A DNA stretch of 32,000 nt from Synechocystis sp. PCC 6803 substr. PCC-P (GCF_000284455.1 NC_017039.1:2850001-2882000); one strand, 5' to 3'; positions 1 through 8,928 are shown, numbered from the stretch's first letter. Translations and numbers: made by a program. Notes: a model not told the origin generated them from the sequence alone.

Positions 1-1172
1 TGAATTTGTCCTAGGGAAGACTGCATATTATATAGCATAAAATCTCGTACTTCTGGTTCTACTTCTGGCAATACTTTTTGCAATAAAACCTGGGAAACAA
101 TTCTAATGACTTCTACTAACTCATTGCGGTTATTAATATCAATATATTGGGTGGTTTTGGCTCGGTCTAAAAATTTTCGCAGGGCTCCTTCCCGCACTAA
201 TTGTTGCATTTGTTCCACCAGCCGCACCACAATTACCTCTGTCATATCTTCAGCAATGATGGCAACAAAACCCTGGGTAGCCTGCCCTTTAACTTTATTC
301 AAATCCATTAATTTAGCTTTATCTAGCCGCACGGTGAGGGGAATAATGCGCAGCCAACGGAAAAATGGTAAAAACAAAAAGAAATCATACCAACGCCACA
401 GCATGGCATCGACCCAACTGACCCCCCGGTAACGCAGGCTAATTAAACGGGTACGTCCCAGAAAGTCTATTAAGAAAATCAGGAAAAAGGGAAAATCAAT
501 TAAGGCAAAATTATCCACTGGCTGGCCATTTTCCCCAATTTCTCGGAAATAGTTAGTGGCAATCAGAGGTCTAATTTCTTGGTCAAAAAATACTAGCTGG
601 TTAGTTAGTCCGTTTTTAAGCAGGTAATCCTTAGACCAAAAGGTTTCAAAGGATTCGGTGGCAGATGCATCGGTGGAACCAAAAACATGGAGCCGCATAA
701 GATTTTTGATCCGCTCAAAAGTGCCGGTTTTATTGGCAATTTGGAAGGGATTTTCGATAATCATTTGGGCACTGTCTTGGCGTAATTCCGCGAGAATGTT
801 ATCAATTTCCTGCGCCTGTTGTACGTTGCCAGCCCCATCCAAGGCCTGTTCATCTAGTTTGCTATTTAATTCATCCACCAGTTCTAAATAGGCAGCGGTG
901 GAACGGTAAGGTTCAATGCCTTTTACCCAATCGTAGTATGGGGTAATGTTGAAAGGAAAAATCCGCACGGGCCGCTTGGGAAATACCCGCTGGAAAGGGC
1001 CGACTTTAACTGAAAGCTGCACTGTCCCCTGTAACCAAAAATCCCGCAATGGGATATAGGTCAAATCAAACAAAACTAAACTGTAATTGGCAAGCAAAAT
1101 TAGAGCCAATATACGCTCATACCAAAGAGGTACTGCTAGATGTTTTTTGGATCGGTCAAAGGGACGGGGCAT
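1..1172 (-). CDS. Conserved hypothetical multi-pass membrane protein; partial, 3' end runs off the left edge
   Basis: It is absent from the ORF track because there is no stop in the window. Hand translation from the ATG at 1170-1172 (minus) gives MPRPFDRSKKHLAVPLWYERILALILLANYSLVLFDLTYIPLRDFW... The frame was spot-checked as open at 1021-1172, 301-480 and 3-41. It has several hydrophobic segments. An Arg-rich stretch, WRWYDFFLFLPFFRWLRIIPLTVRL, loosely resembles an S3-S4 segment of ion-transport proteins; this is a by-eye similarity only. Confidence 0.6.
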   Translation of the reverse strand, partial: MPRPFDRSKKHLAVPLWYERILALILLANYSLVLFDLTYIPLRDFWLQGTVQLSVKVGPFQRVFPKRPVRIFPFNITPYYDWVKGIEPYRSTAAYLELVDELNSKLDEQALDGAGNVQQAQEIDNILAELRQDSAQMIIENPFQIANKTGTFERIKNLMRLHVFGSTDASATESFETFWSKDYLLKNGLTNQLVFFDQEIRPLIATNYFREIGENGQPVDNFALIDFPFFLIFLIDFLGRTRLISLRYRGVSWVDAMLWRWYDFFLFLPFFRWLRIIPLTVRLDKAKLMDLNKVKGQATQGFVAIIAEDMTEVIVVRLVEQMQQLVREGALRKFLDRAKTTQYIDINNRNELVEVIRIVSQVLLQKVLPEVEPEVRDFMLYNMQSSLGQI

Positions 1173-1438
1173 AGTTGGAAATGGCAAAATGCTTGAATGA
1201 TGGCCGCTAACCAGACTTTAAGGTTAGCCATGGAAAGCCTCCCTGGCAGAAGTTTTGGGAGATTAGCTCGGAGTGCTCACCATTGCAGGGAAAAATAAGG
1301 TTTCAGCAATAGCCTCTAATGGCAAAGGCAAAAACAATTGGGAAACTGTTCCGTCCCAATTCTAGGCAAGAAATTCCCAATGGTAAAATCATGGGGGTAT
1401 AGATATCTTGTTTTTTAGCTAATTGCAATACTCCAACC

Positions 1439-2314
1439 ATGCGCCTGAACTTTTCCCGGACTTTGTTTTTTGCCGCCATTATGGGTGGATTTGCGTTGGC
1501 TATGGGTAAGGCCCAGCCCTTTTTTCCTAGCAATTCTGTTCAAGCCATGGAAACTTCCAAGTCCCAATCCCTTCAAGGTACTACTTGGTATATTAGCGGT
1601 TGGCCTAGCGCCCCAGTGCCAGGCAGTGCTCCGATTACTTTGCAGTTCAAGGGCGCACCGCATAGCGGATCTCTGCGAGATCGCCTGACGGGAACAGCAG
1701 GTTGCAATACTTTTAATGGTGCCTATACCAGCGGTGATGGTAACTTGACCATTAACCAAGCTCTGGCCACAACCCGTAAAGCCTGTACCGCCGAGGTGAT
1801 GGCCCAGGAACAAAGATTTTTACAACTTCTGCCCCAAGTAACGTCCTATAGCATCGGGAACGATGGGCAACTGACATTAACGTATCTAAAGGATGGGGAA
1901 CAGGGTAGCATTAGTTTCATTCCCGCCAATCAGTACAGCGCTCTCCACAACAGTCAATGGGAACTGGTGACCATGGCCGGTGTGGAACCCATTGCTAACG
2001 AAAACTCCCGAGCCATACCACAACTTCAATTCCTTGGCGATCGCCTGACCGGGACAGGGGGCTGTAATCGGTTGATGGGACAATTCACCATTGATGGGGA
2101 CAATTTGACGGTGGATGAACGCATGGCTTCCACCATGATGGCCTGCTCCGAACCTTTAATGGCCCAGGAACAGCAATTTATTCAAGCCTTAGTTAATGCC
2201 CAGAAGTATGAAATTTTGACTAGCGGAGAATTGGTGATCGACTATCTCATGGGAGAGAAAACTGAACAGTTAGTCTTTTTGCCTTTAACCGAGGAAGATT
2301 CAGCCCCAAGATAA
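1439..2314 (+). CDS. Secreted protein with two tandem META (HslJ-like) domains
   Basis: 291-aa ORF with an N-terminal signal-peptide-like segment (MRLNFSRTLFFAAIMGGFALAMGKAQP). Two copies of the META-type core are present: DRLTGTAGCNTFNGAYT...CTAEVMAQEQRFLQLL and DRLTGTGGCNRLMGQFT...CSEPLMAQEQQFIQAL. Confidence 0.85.
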   Translation: MRLNFSRTLFFAAIMGGFALAMGKAQPFFPSNSVQAMETSKSQSLQGTTWYISGWPSAPVPGSAPITLQFKGAPHSGSLRDRLTGTAGCNTFNGAYTSGDGNLTINQALATTRKACTAEVMAQEQRFLQLLPQVTSYSIGNDGQLTLTYLKDGEQGSISFIPANQYSALHNSQWELVTMAGVEPIANENSRAIPQLQFLGDRLTGTGGCNRLMGQFTIDGDNLTVDERMASTMMACSEPLMAQEQQFIQALVNAQKYEILTSGELVIDYLMGEKTEQLVFLPLTEEDSAPR

Positions 2315-2743
2315 TAATTCCCAACGAAGGCAAGCTATAGACAAAGCATGGGACAGAGGGGAAAAGCTCTCCTCCGGTTCACCGCCGTTGGGGAATGGAG
2401 GCGTCAATCCATGTGGAACGCGAACCACACTGACCAGACTAGAATTCCAACAAAGAGAACTGTTCCCAACACAAAGGCGGCATTATGGAGGCTGTTGGTG
2501 TCGATGAGCGTCATACAATCAAGGAGGTGTTAGGGTTTAGGGCCTTTGGCGCCGATTAAATCCGTTAACCTTCAACCATGGGGGCAAAGCAACAAGCCCT
2601 CCAAGTTTAGCCCCTGTTTGCCCAGGAATATTAACTTGGCAGAGGAACAGTCACAATTTTTGACAATTGCACCGTCAGAAGGAGTTAATTTAGCTTGATT
2701 GCTGATTAATCCCACCATTTCATCGCAAAATCCCATCACCGCC

Positions 2744-3958
2744 ATGAATCCCTCCAATGCCCAACTTACCGCTCGTCGTTACCGAGCCGGTGATCCCATT
2801 TTCAGTGAAGGAGATCAAGGTAATTTTGCCTATATTATCGAGGAAGGGCAGGTGGAAATCTGGACAGAACTCAATGGCGATCGCCGGGTGCTGAATGTGC
2901 TCCAACCGGGCAGTTTATTTGGGGAATTGGCCCTGGTGGATGCCAAACCTCGTTCCGCTTCCGCTTCCGCCCTCACGGATTGCATTCTTTCCCTGGTTAC
3001 TCCCGATCAAGTTAACCAACGCATCGACACGGCCGACCCGATTTTGCGCCTACTATTGTTGGTGGTAATCGGCCATTTTCGTTCTGAAAGCAATAATTTT
3101 CGTGGCACCACTGAGCCAGCTTTGGTCCTAGATGCGGCCCTAACTAAAACTAAACTTTCCCTCAAAGAACGCATCACCGATGCAGTGGACATGATCCGTT
3201 TAGAGGGGGAAATGAAAGAGGCGATCGCCAAAGAGCAATTCCATTTGGTGTACCAGCCCATTGTCTTCATGGACGACCTCCGCATCGAAGGATTTGAAGC
3301 TCTAATCCGTTGGCAAAGTCCTAAGCGGGGCTTTGTCCGCCCTGATCGTTTTATCGAAGTGGCGGAGGCAACAGACCTAATCATTCCCATCGGTCAATGG
3401 GTAATTGAACAAGGATTAAAAGATTTAAAAACTTTCCAGACAAAATTTAACCCCCATTTGTTGATGAGTTTTAATATTGTTGGTCGGCAAACCAACAGTG
3501 AAGATTTTGTTCCCTGGCTACTAGAAAAAGTAGACCACTATGGGTTAACCCCCGATAAGGTAAAACTGGAAATCATCGAGCGTACCCTTTTTAGCGGTGA
3601 AAGTTCCGCCCCCTGGATTGAAAACTGTCGTTCCCAAGGCTTTGCGTTAGTGTTGGACGATTTTGGTACGGGTTATTCTAGCTTGCAATATCTGAATGAG
3701 TACAAAATTGACCGGGTAAAAATTGATAAATCCTTTGTGGATGGCTTGGGCACCAATCAAAACAGTGAAAGTATTTGCTCTGCCATTTTGCAACTCTCCC
3801 ACGCCCTGGGCATGACAGTGGTGGCGGAAGGCATTGAAACCCAAGCACAATTGGAGATTTTGCAATCCCTCGGTTGTGACTATGGTCAAGGTTATCTATT
3901 TTCTCGACCTCTACGCTTTGACCAAGTAATGGTCTTGGATCAAGATGCTTTCCGTTAG
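2744..3958 (+). CDS. Cyclic-nucleotide-binding domain fused to an EAL domain (predicted c-di-GMP phosphodiesterase)
   Basis: The ORF track begins at TTG 2699; the first in-frame ATG is 2744. The N-terminus has a CAP/CRP-type cNMP fold (GDPIFSEGD...FGELALVDAKPRSASASA). The C-terminal EAL domain carries EALIRW (3296-3304), [27 protein letters not shown] and QGY. Confidence 0.9.
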   Translation: MNPSNAQLTARRYRAGDPIFSEGDQGNFAYIIEEGQVEIWTELNGDRRVLNVLQPGSLFGELALVDAKPRSASASALTDCILSLVTPDQVNQRIDTADPILRLLLLVVIGHFRSESNNFRGTTEPALVLDAALTKTKLSLKERITDAVDMIRLEGEMKEAIAKEQFHLVYQPIVFMDDLRIEGFEALIRWQSPKRGFVRPDRFIEVAEATDLIIPIGQWVIEQGLKDLKTFQTKFNPHLLMSFNIVGRQTNSEDFVPWLLEKVDHYGLTPDKVKLEIIERTLFSGESSAPWIENCRSQGFALVLDDFGTGYSSLQYLNEYKIDRVKIDKSFVDGLGTNQNSESICSAILQLSHALGMTVVAEGIETQAQLEILQSLGCDYGQGYLFSRPLRFDQVMVLDQDAFR

Positions 3959-3987
3959 GGGAAAATATCCTTCAAATTTGCCCCGGT

Positions 3988-5244
3988 TCAAGATTTTCCC
4001 AGTTCTTGAGCATAGGCTAAAGCTTCCTGCTCATTACTAATTTTTCCTTCGATGTGGGCAATGTTGATTTCCGTTAGCAGTTGGCCGATCAAAGGACTAG
4101 GTTTAATGTGCAACTTGTCGATTAAATCCTTGCCGGTAATTAAGGGTTGGGGATGGGCTAGGCGATCGCCCGAATTCAGATAATGAGTCAACAGTTCAAA
4201 GATAAAACTGTGGTAATTATGGGGACAGTGGGCCAGGGCATAGAGGACAAAATGGGGTAGATATTTACCCAACTCGACAAAGAAAAAGTACAGTTGTCGC
4301 ACCGTGGGGCTATTTTCTAAACAACTTAACTGGGGATAGCCCTGCAAAATTGCCTGCACAGAGCGCAGTTCGTGGCGGGAATATTTCAACCGTTGTAATT
4401 CCCCTTCGGCGATTTTCACGTCGGCACAGACTAGGCTGGCCAACTTAGCAATGGCAATGCCCTTTTTCCCCAATGCTTGAAAAAATTGTTGACGTTCCAC
4501 CAGGGTTAACTGGTTTTTGATGGCGGCGATCGCCAAATCGATGCAACCAATGGCATTGAGGGAACTGAGGTTAGCATGGGAGAACCAGTGAGCTAATATA
4601 CCATCTTGCCAAGCGGCCAAAAGCCACTGACTACCCCGGGGGCTGCCCAGCAAATAGTTAAATTCCGCTTGCACCCGTTCTGCGGCCACCGTTTTAATGC
4701 GGGGAGCTAATTCCCGTAAAACTGTTCTTGTGTCAGGATCGAGGGTGAATTGTAGCTGGGCCGCCTGACGGTAAGCCCGTAGTAGCCGCAAAGGATCATC
4801 AGCCAGGTTTACGGCCGCCACCATTTTCAGTTGACCCCGTTGCAAATCCCCCACCCCCGCCATGGGGTCAATTAATTTGTTTTGCTGGAAGTTATAGGCG
4901 ATGGCGTTAACGGTGAAATCCCGCCGGGCCAGATCCTGTTCCAAGCTCATGCCCTCCTGTTGGGCAAAATCCACTGTGCCATGGGCAAATACCACCCTGG
5001 CAATGTGTCGAGCCTTATCCAACACCACAAATCCCGCCCGGTATCGACTGGCGATCGCCGAAGCCGTTTCAATGGCTCCACTAGGCACGACAAAATCCCA
5101 ATCCAAATATTCCCGTCGTCTCCCCAAAAGGGCATCCCGCACTGCACCACCGACCAAACAGGCTTGGGGAGGAAGTAGAGCCAGATCAAAGGGAACCTGT
5201 TGACGTAAATCAGCCAGGTGGCTCACAGGACAAAGCATAATCAA
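3988..5244 (-). CDS. Class II nucleotidyltransferase (tRNA CCA-, CC- or A-adding enzyme, or poly(A) polymerase family)
   Basis: 418-aa ORF with GGAVRDALLGRRREYLDWDF (motif A with DxD), RRDFTVNA (motif B) and ADDPLRLLRAYRQAAQL (EDxxR-type motif D, here DDPLR). The true start may be the third codon (ATG at 5238). Confidence 0.9.
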   Translation of the reverse strand: MIMLCPVSHLADLRQQVPFDLALLPPQACLVGGAVRDALLGRRREYLDWDFVVPSGAIETASAIASRYRAGFVVLDKARHIARVVFAHGTVDFAQQEGMSLEQDLARRDFTVNAIAYNFQQNKLIDPMAGVGDLQRGQLKMVAAVNLADDPLRLLRAYRQAAQLQFTLDPDTRTVLRELAPRIKTVAAERVQAEFNYLLGSPRGSQWLLAAWQDGILAHWFSHANLSSLNAIGCIDLAIAAIKNQLTLVERQQFFQALGKKGIAIAKLASLVCADVKIAEGELQRLKYSRHELRSVQAILQGYPQLSCLENSPTVRQLYFFFVELGKYLPHFVLYALAHCPHNYHSFIFELLTHYLNSGDRLAHPQPLITGKDLIDKLHIKPSPLIGQLLTEINIAHIEGKISNEQEALAYAQELGKS

Positions 5245-5334
5245 TAACCGTTACCCCAGCACAGTTTGCAGTTTAGGCACAATCTCTAAGTCTAAGCTAG
5301 AGTAGCGAAAAATAGGCAAAAATTGAGGTTTACC

Positions 5335-5583
5335 ATGTGTATTTGTGTGAACTGCCATTACGTGGACCGCTGTATCACCTACCATGCAGTGGAACATCAA
5401 CATCAACAACCCCATTTGAGCGATCGCCCGGATTTTGATCCGGTCAACCCTTCTATCAACGTAAATATTCGTACCCCCGACCATGGCATCGAAATGGAAT
5501 GGGATGTGGTGGGTTGCGACAGTTTTTTACAAGAAATGGGCAAATGGAGCCGTTTACGCCCCAATGAATTAGTCCCCACCTAG
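5335..5583 (+). CDS. ycf34: Ycf34, small Cys/His-rich putative Fe-S protein
   Basis: The sequence MCICVNCHYVDRCITYHAVEHQHQQPHL... is recognised as the cyanobacterial and plastid Ycf34 family. The ORF track starts at TTG 5323; the ATG at 5335 gives the canonical MCICVNC N-terminus. Confidence 0.8.
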   Translation: MCICVNCHYVDRCITYHAVEHQHQQPHLSDRPDFDPVNPSINVNIRTPDHGIEMEWDVVGCDSFLQEMGKWSRLRPNELVPT

Positions 5584-5701
5584 CTTTTTTTGGCCAAAAC
5601 TAGTTTCCCCTGACAGCGAAACGCGGCAAAAATAACGCTCCGTGCAACAATGAACGCGGTATCAATAACATATAGGCAACTTCGTTAACCAAGGTTTCAA
5701 G

Positions 5702-7747
5702 ATGGAATTACTCTATCAATTAGCCTGGCTAATTCCCGTCCTGCCCCTATTTGGCGCAACGGTAGTTGGCATTGGCCTCATTTCTTTCAATCAAGCAACC
5801 AATAAACTACGGCAAATCAACGCTGTTTTCATCATTTCCTGTTTGGGGGCTGCATTGGTAATGTCTGGGGCTTTGCTCTGGGATCAAATCCAAGGCCATG
5901 CCAGCTATGCCCAAATGATCGAATGGGCATCGGCGGGGAGTTTCCATTTGGAAATGGGTTATGTGATCGATCACCTCAGTGCTTTGATGCTGGTGATTGT
6001 AACCTCCGTGGCCCTGTTGGTGATGATCTACACCGATGGCTACATGGCCCACGATCCGGGTTATGTGCGTTTCTATGCCTATCTCAGTCTTTTTGCTTCC
6101 TCCATGCTGGGGTTGGTAATTAGCCCCAATTTGGTGCAGGTTTATATCTTTTGGGAATTGGTGGGGATGTGTTCCTACCTGCTGATCGGTTTTTGGTATG
6201 ACCGTAAAGCCGCTGCCGATGCTTGCCAAAAGGCCTTTGTCACCAACCGGGTGGGGGATTTTGGCTTATTACTAGGTATCCTTGGCCTTTATTGGGCCAC
6301 TGGCAGTTTTGATTTCGGGACCATTGGGGAACGCCTGGAGGGTTTAGTATCCTCCGGAGTCCTCAGCGGGGCGATCGCCGCCATTCTGGCCATTTTGGTT
6401 TTCCTTGGTCCTGTGGCCAAATCGGCCCAATTTCCCCTCCATGTCTGGCTACCGGACGCCATGGAAGGTCCCACCCCCATTTCTGCTTTGATCCATGCAG
6501 CTACCATGGTGGCGGCGGGGGTATTCCTGGTCGCCCGGATGTATCCGGTGTTTGAACCGATTCCAGTGGTGATGAATACCATTGCCTTCACCGGTTGCTT
6601 CACTGCCTTTTTGGGGGCCACCATTGCTTTAACCCAAAATGACATTAAAAAAGGTTTGGCTTACTCCACCATTTCCCAGTTGGGCTATATGGTGATGGCC
6701 ATGGGCATTGGGGCCTATTCCGCTGGGCTATTTCACCTGATGACCCACGCCTATTTCAAAGCCATGCTGTTCCTCTGTTCCGGCTCCGTGATCCACGGTA
6801 TGGAAGGGGTGGTGGGCCACGACCCAATCCTGGCCCAAGATATGCGCATTATGGGCGGATTGCGGAAATATATGCCCATCACGGCCACCTGTTTCCTGAT
6901 TGGAACTTTAGCTATTTGCGGTATTCCCCCCTTTGCGGGCTTCTGGTCTAAGGACGAAATTCTCGGCCTCGCTTTTCAGGCCAATCCCCTACTCTGGTTT
7001 GTGGGTTGGGCCACCGCCGGTATGACTGCTTTTTACATGTTCCGGATGTATTTCATGACCTTTGAAGGGGGTTTTCGGGGCAATGACCAGGAAGCGAAAG
7101 ACGGGGTTTTACAGTTCTACGGTTTACTGCCCAACTTTGGCCCAGGAGCCATGAACGTGAAGGAATTGGACCATGAAGCCGGGCACGACGACCATGGCCA
7201 CAGCAGTGAACCCCATGAATCCCCTTTGACCATGACGTTTCCCCTCATGGCCCTAGCCGTGCCTTCGGTGTTAATTGGTCTGTTGGGACGGCCCTGGGCC
7301 AACCAGTTTGAAGCGTTTATCCATGCGCCGGGGGAAGTGGTGGAACACGCCGCTGAATTTGAATGGGGCGAGTTTTACGTCATGGCTGGAAATTCCATCG
7401 GCATTGCTTTAATTGGCATTACCGTGGCTTCCTTAATGTATTGGCAACACAAATTTGACCCCAAAGTGTTGGCAGAAAAGTTTCCATCCTTGTACCAACT
7501 GTCCTTGAACAAATGGTACTTTGACGACCTTTACGACAAGCTGTTTGTCCAGGGTTCCCGTCGAGTGGCCCGTCAGATTATGGAAGTGGACTACAAGGTC
7601 ATTGACGGAGCGGTCAACCTCACTGGTTTAGTCACCCTAGTCAGTGGGGAAGGTTTGAAATATCTAGAAAATGGCCGGGCCCAATTCTACGCCCTCATTG
7701 TGTTTGGGGCGGTGTTAGGCTTTGTAATTGTTTTTAGCCTCACCTAG
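5702..7747 (+). CDS. ndhF1: NAD(P)H-quinone oxidoreductase (NDH-1) subunit 5, NdhF1-type
   Basis: 681-aa polytopic membrane protein with NuoL/NdhF signatures (WELVGMCSYLLIGFWY, SAQFPLHVWLPDAMEGPTPISALIHAATMVAAGVFL, LAYSTISQLGYM). The long C-terminal extension is typical of the respiratory NdhF1 form rather than the shorter CO2-uptake NdhF3 and NdhF4 forms. Confidence 0.95.
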   Translation: MELLYQLAWLIPVLPLFGATVVGIGLISFNQATNKLRQINAVFIISCLGAALVMSGALLWDQIQGHASYAQMIEWASAGSFHLEMGYVIDHLSALMLVIVTSVALLVMIYTDGYMAHDPGYVRFYAYLSLFASSMLGLVISPNLVQVYIFWELVGMCSYLLIGFWYDRKAAADACQKAFVTNRVGDFGLLLGILGLYWATGSFDFGTIGERLEGLVSSGVLSGAIAAILAILVFLGPVAKSAQFPLHVWLPDAMEGPTPISALIHAATMVAAGVFLVARMYPVFEPIPVVMNTIAFTGCFTAFLGATIALTQNDIKKGLAYSTISQLGYMVMAMGIGAYSAGLFHLMTHAYFKAMLFLCSGSVIHGMEGVVGHDPILAQDMRIMGGLRKYMPITATCFLIGTLAICGIPPFAGFWSKDEILGLAFQANPLLWFVGWATAGMTAFYMFRMYFMTFEGGFRGNDQEAKDGVLQFYGLLPNFGPGAMNVKELDHEAGHDDHGHSSEPHESPLTMTFPLMALAVPSVLIGLLGRPWANQFEAFIHAPGEVVEHAAEFEWGEFYVMAGNSIGIALIGITVASLMYWQHKFDPKVLAEKFPSLYQLSLNKWYFDDLYDKLFVQGSRRVARQIMEVDYKVIDGAVNLTGLVTLVSGEGLKYLENGRAQFYALIVFGAVLGFVIVFSLT

Positions 7748-7845
7748 GTTGGGAGAACTAGTTAATTGGCATAGTTAATTAGCATTGTCTCCCCCCAAAA
7801 AGGGGCTAAGCTTTCCAGCCAAACCCGGTAAATATTTTTTTTATG

Positions 7846-7877
7846 ACCATTTGGTTACTCTGCCAGATGGTTTTTTA
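7846..7877 (+). terminator. Intrinsic terminator candidate downstream of ndhF1
   Basis: A 9-bp stem, ACCATTTGG (7846-7854) pairing with CCAGATGGT (7863-7871), includes one G-U pair. It has an 8-nt loop and is followed directly by TTTTTTATT. Confidence 0.5.
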
Positions 7878-7898
7878 TTGTTTCAAAGTCAGACAAAA

Positions 7899-8117
7899 TT
7901 AATAACTATCTTCCCCTTGGACGGTTTTGAGCACTAAACGCTGATTGGCCTGCATCAACAGGTCGGCGATCGCCGTTTTGAATCTTAGAGCGACGGAGGA
8001 ATTGGCCAAGAAAGCCTGGGCTTGTTCCCGGTATTCTGCCCCCTGTAACGTTTCTGCTTGGTCTAGGGTTTCCAAAGCTTGGCAGAGGTCATTAATCTGG
8101 GCGGTGTGGTCAGACAT
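7899..8117 (-). CDS. Small helical hypothetical protein (72 aa)
   Basis: The sequence MSDHTAQINDLCQALETLDQAETLQGAEYREQAQAFLAN... has a protein-like composition. A GGAG lies about 9 nt upstream of the ATG (GGAGAAATAAGAC-ATG on the minus strand). The overlapping plus-strand ORF 7945-8166 is Trp/Cys-rich and looks spurious. Confidence 0.5.
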   Translation of the reverse strand: MSDHTAQINDLCQALETLDQAETLQGAEYREQAQAFLANSSVALRFKTAIADLLMQANQRLVLKTVQGEDSY

Positions 8118-8327
8118 GGTCTTATTTCTCCAATGCTGTTTCCGCCATGGTAACCCAGCTAACTAAAAACAGAACCTTGCTTCATGAAACTTTTGCCTTG
8201 TTGCCGTTGCCACTTCCCCCATTGCAAAGCTAAGCAAAAAATAGTTTTCGTTGCTACCGAACAAGGCGAGAACTAGCCATCGTTAAAATGGGGTAAGCCG
8301 AGATTCTAACCAGGAGGTGTTGATTCC

Positions 8328-8900
8328 GTGTCCGGTAAAAAAAATGATTACGATGCTCTCTTAGCAGATTTCACCGATCGGGAAGGGGCGATCGCCCTAC
8401 TGCGCCAACATCGACCCTACCTAGAAAAGCTACCCAGTTTGCGGCGGCCAGAACGAAGCATTATCACCATCCCCCTGCCCATTGTCCGTTTGCGCCATCT
8501 TCCCCTCAACGATGCTGACCAAGGGGGCCGACAAACCACTCCCTTGGCCAAGGTAATTCCCTGTGACCTGGCAATTTTGATGTGTGACCCAGAATGGCAG
8601 GTGAAATTAGGCTCGGAAATTTTGGTCTTTATCCACCGCCCAGAGGAAAACTTTTCTGATCTACTCAGTCGTTGGCGTCGGAGTCAAATTTATCTGGACC
8701 AAGACTATGAATGGTTGATGCCCCCCCAGGAAAAACATATGTTTAGTGAAGCGGCGGAGGAAATCTGTCCCCTATTCATTATTTTTGAGCAAACTCCCCA
8801 CCATATCCAAAAGGGTCTGGCCGGAGCCGGGTTGCCCTTTGTGCTCCACAGTGAAGGCAATTTAACAATGGCGGAAACCCTAGAACTAATTTCTGAATAA
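8328..8900 (+). CDS. Hypothetical protein (190 aa), no recognisable domain
   Basis: The GTG start is preceded by AGGAGG about 10 nt upstream. No motif was recognised by eye. Confidence 0.65.
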   Translation: MSGKKNDYDALLADFTDREGAIALLRQHRPYLEKLPSLRRPERSIITIPLPIVRLRHLPLNDADQGGRQTTPLAKVIPCDLAILMCDPEWQVKLGSEILVFIHRPEENFSDLLSRWRRSQIYLDQDYEWLMPPQEKHMFSEAAEEICPLFIIFEQTPHHIQKGLAGAGLPFVLHSEGNLTMAETLELISE

Positions 8901-8928
8901 TGGTTTAAGTAAACTTAAATTTAGGAAT

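Noticed and set aside
106-891. Plus-strand ORFs 106-432 (108 aa) and 658-891 (77 aa)
   Set aside because: Both lie antisense inside the long minus-strand membrane-protein frame (1-1172). Their translations are Ser/Thr/Arg/Cys-rich and unlike real proteins.
1415-1813. Minus-strand 132-aa ORF, and the 76-aa ORF at 1303-1533
   Set aside because: They are antisense to the well-supported META-domain gene or span its start. No motifs and poor composition.
2348-2533. 61-aa plus-strand ORF in the 385-bp gap
   Set aside because: It is Arg/Trp-rich, has no ribosome-binding site and no recognisable fold. I treat the gap as non-coding.
3959-4000. 8-bp inverted repeat GGGAAAAT...ATTTTCCC between the convergent EAL and nucleotidyltransferase genes, considered as a bidirectional terminator
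   Set aside because: It has a 26-nt loop and no T-run on either strand, and the 3' arm lies inside coding sequence. That is too weak to call.
7945-8166. 73-aa plus-strand ORF overlapping the small minus-strand gene
   Set aside because: It is Trp/Cys-rich (WACSRYSAPCNVSAWSRVSKAW). The minus-strand partner has a GGAG ribosome-binding site and helical, protein-like sequence.
8904-8919. AT-only hairpin TTTAAG-taaa-CTTAAA between the hypothetical gene at 8328-8900 and sdhB
   Set aside because: It is a 6-bp all-A/T stem of marginal stability. Such structures are easily expected by chance in AT-rich spacers.
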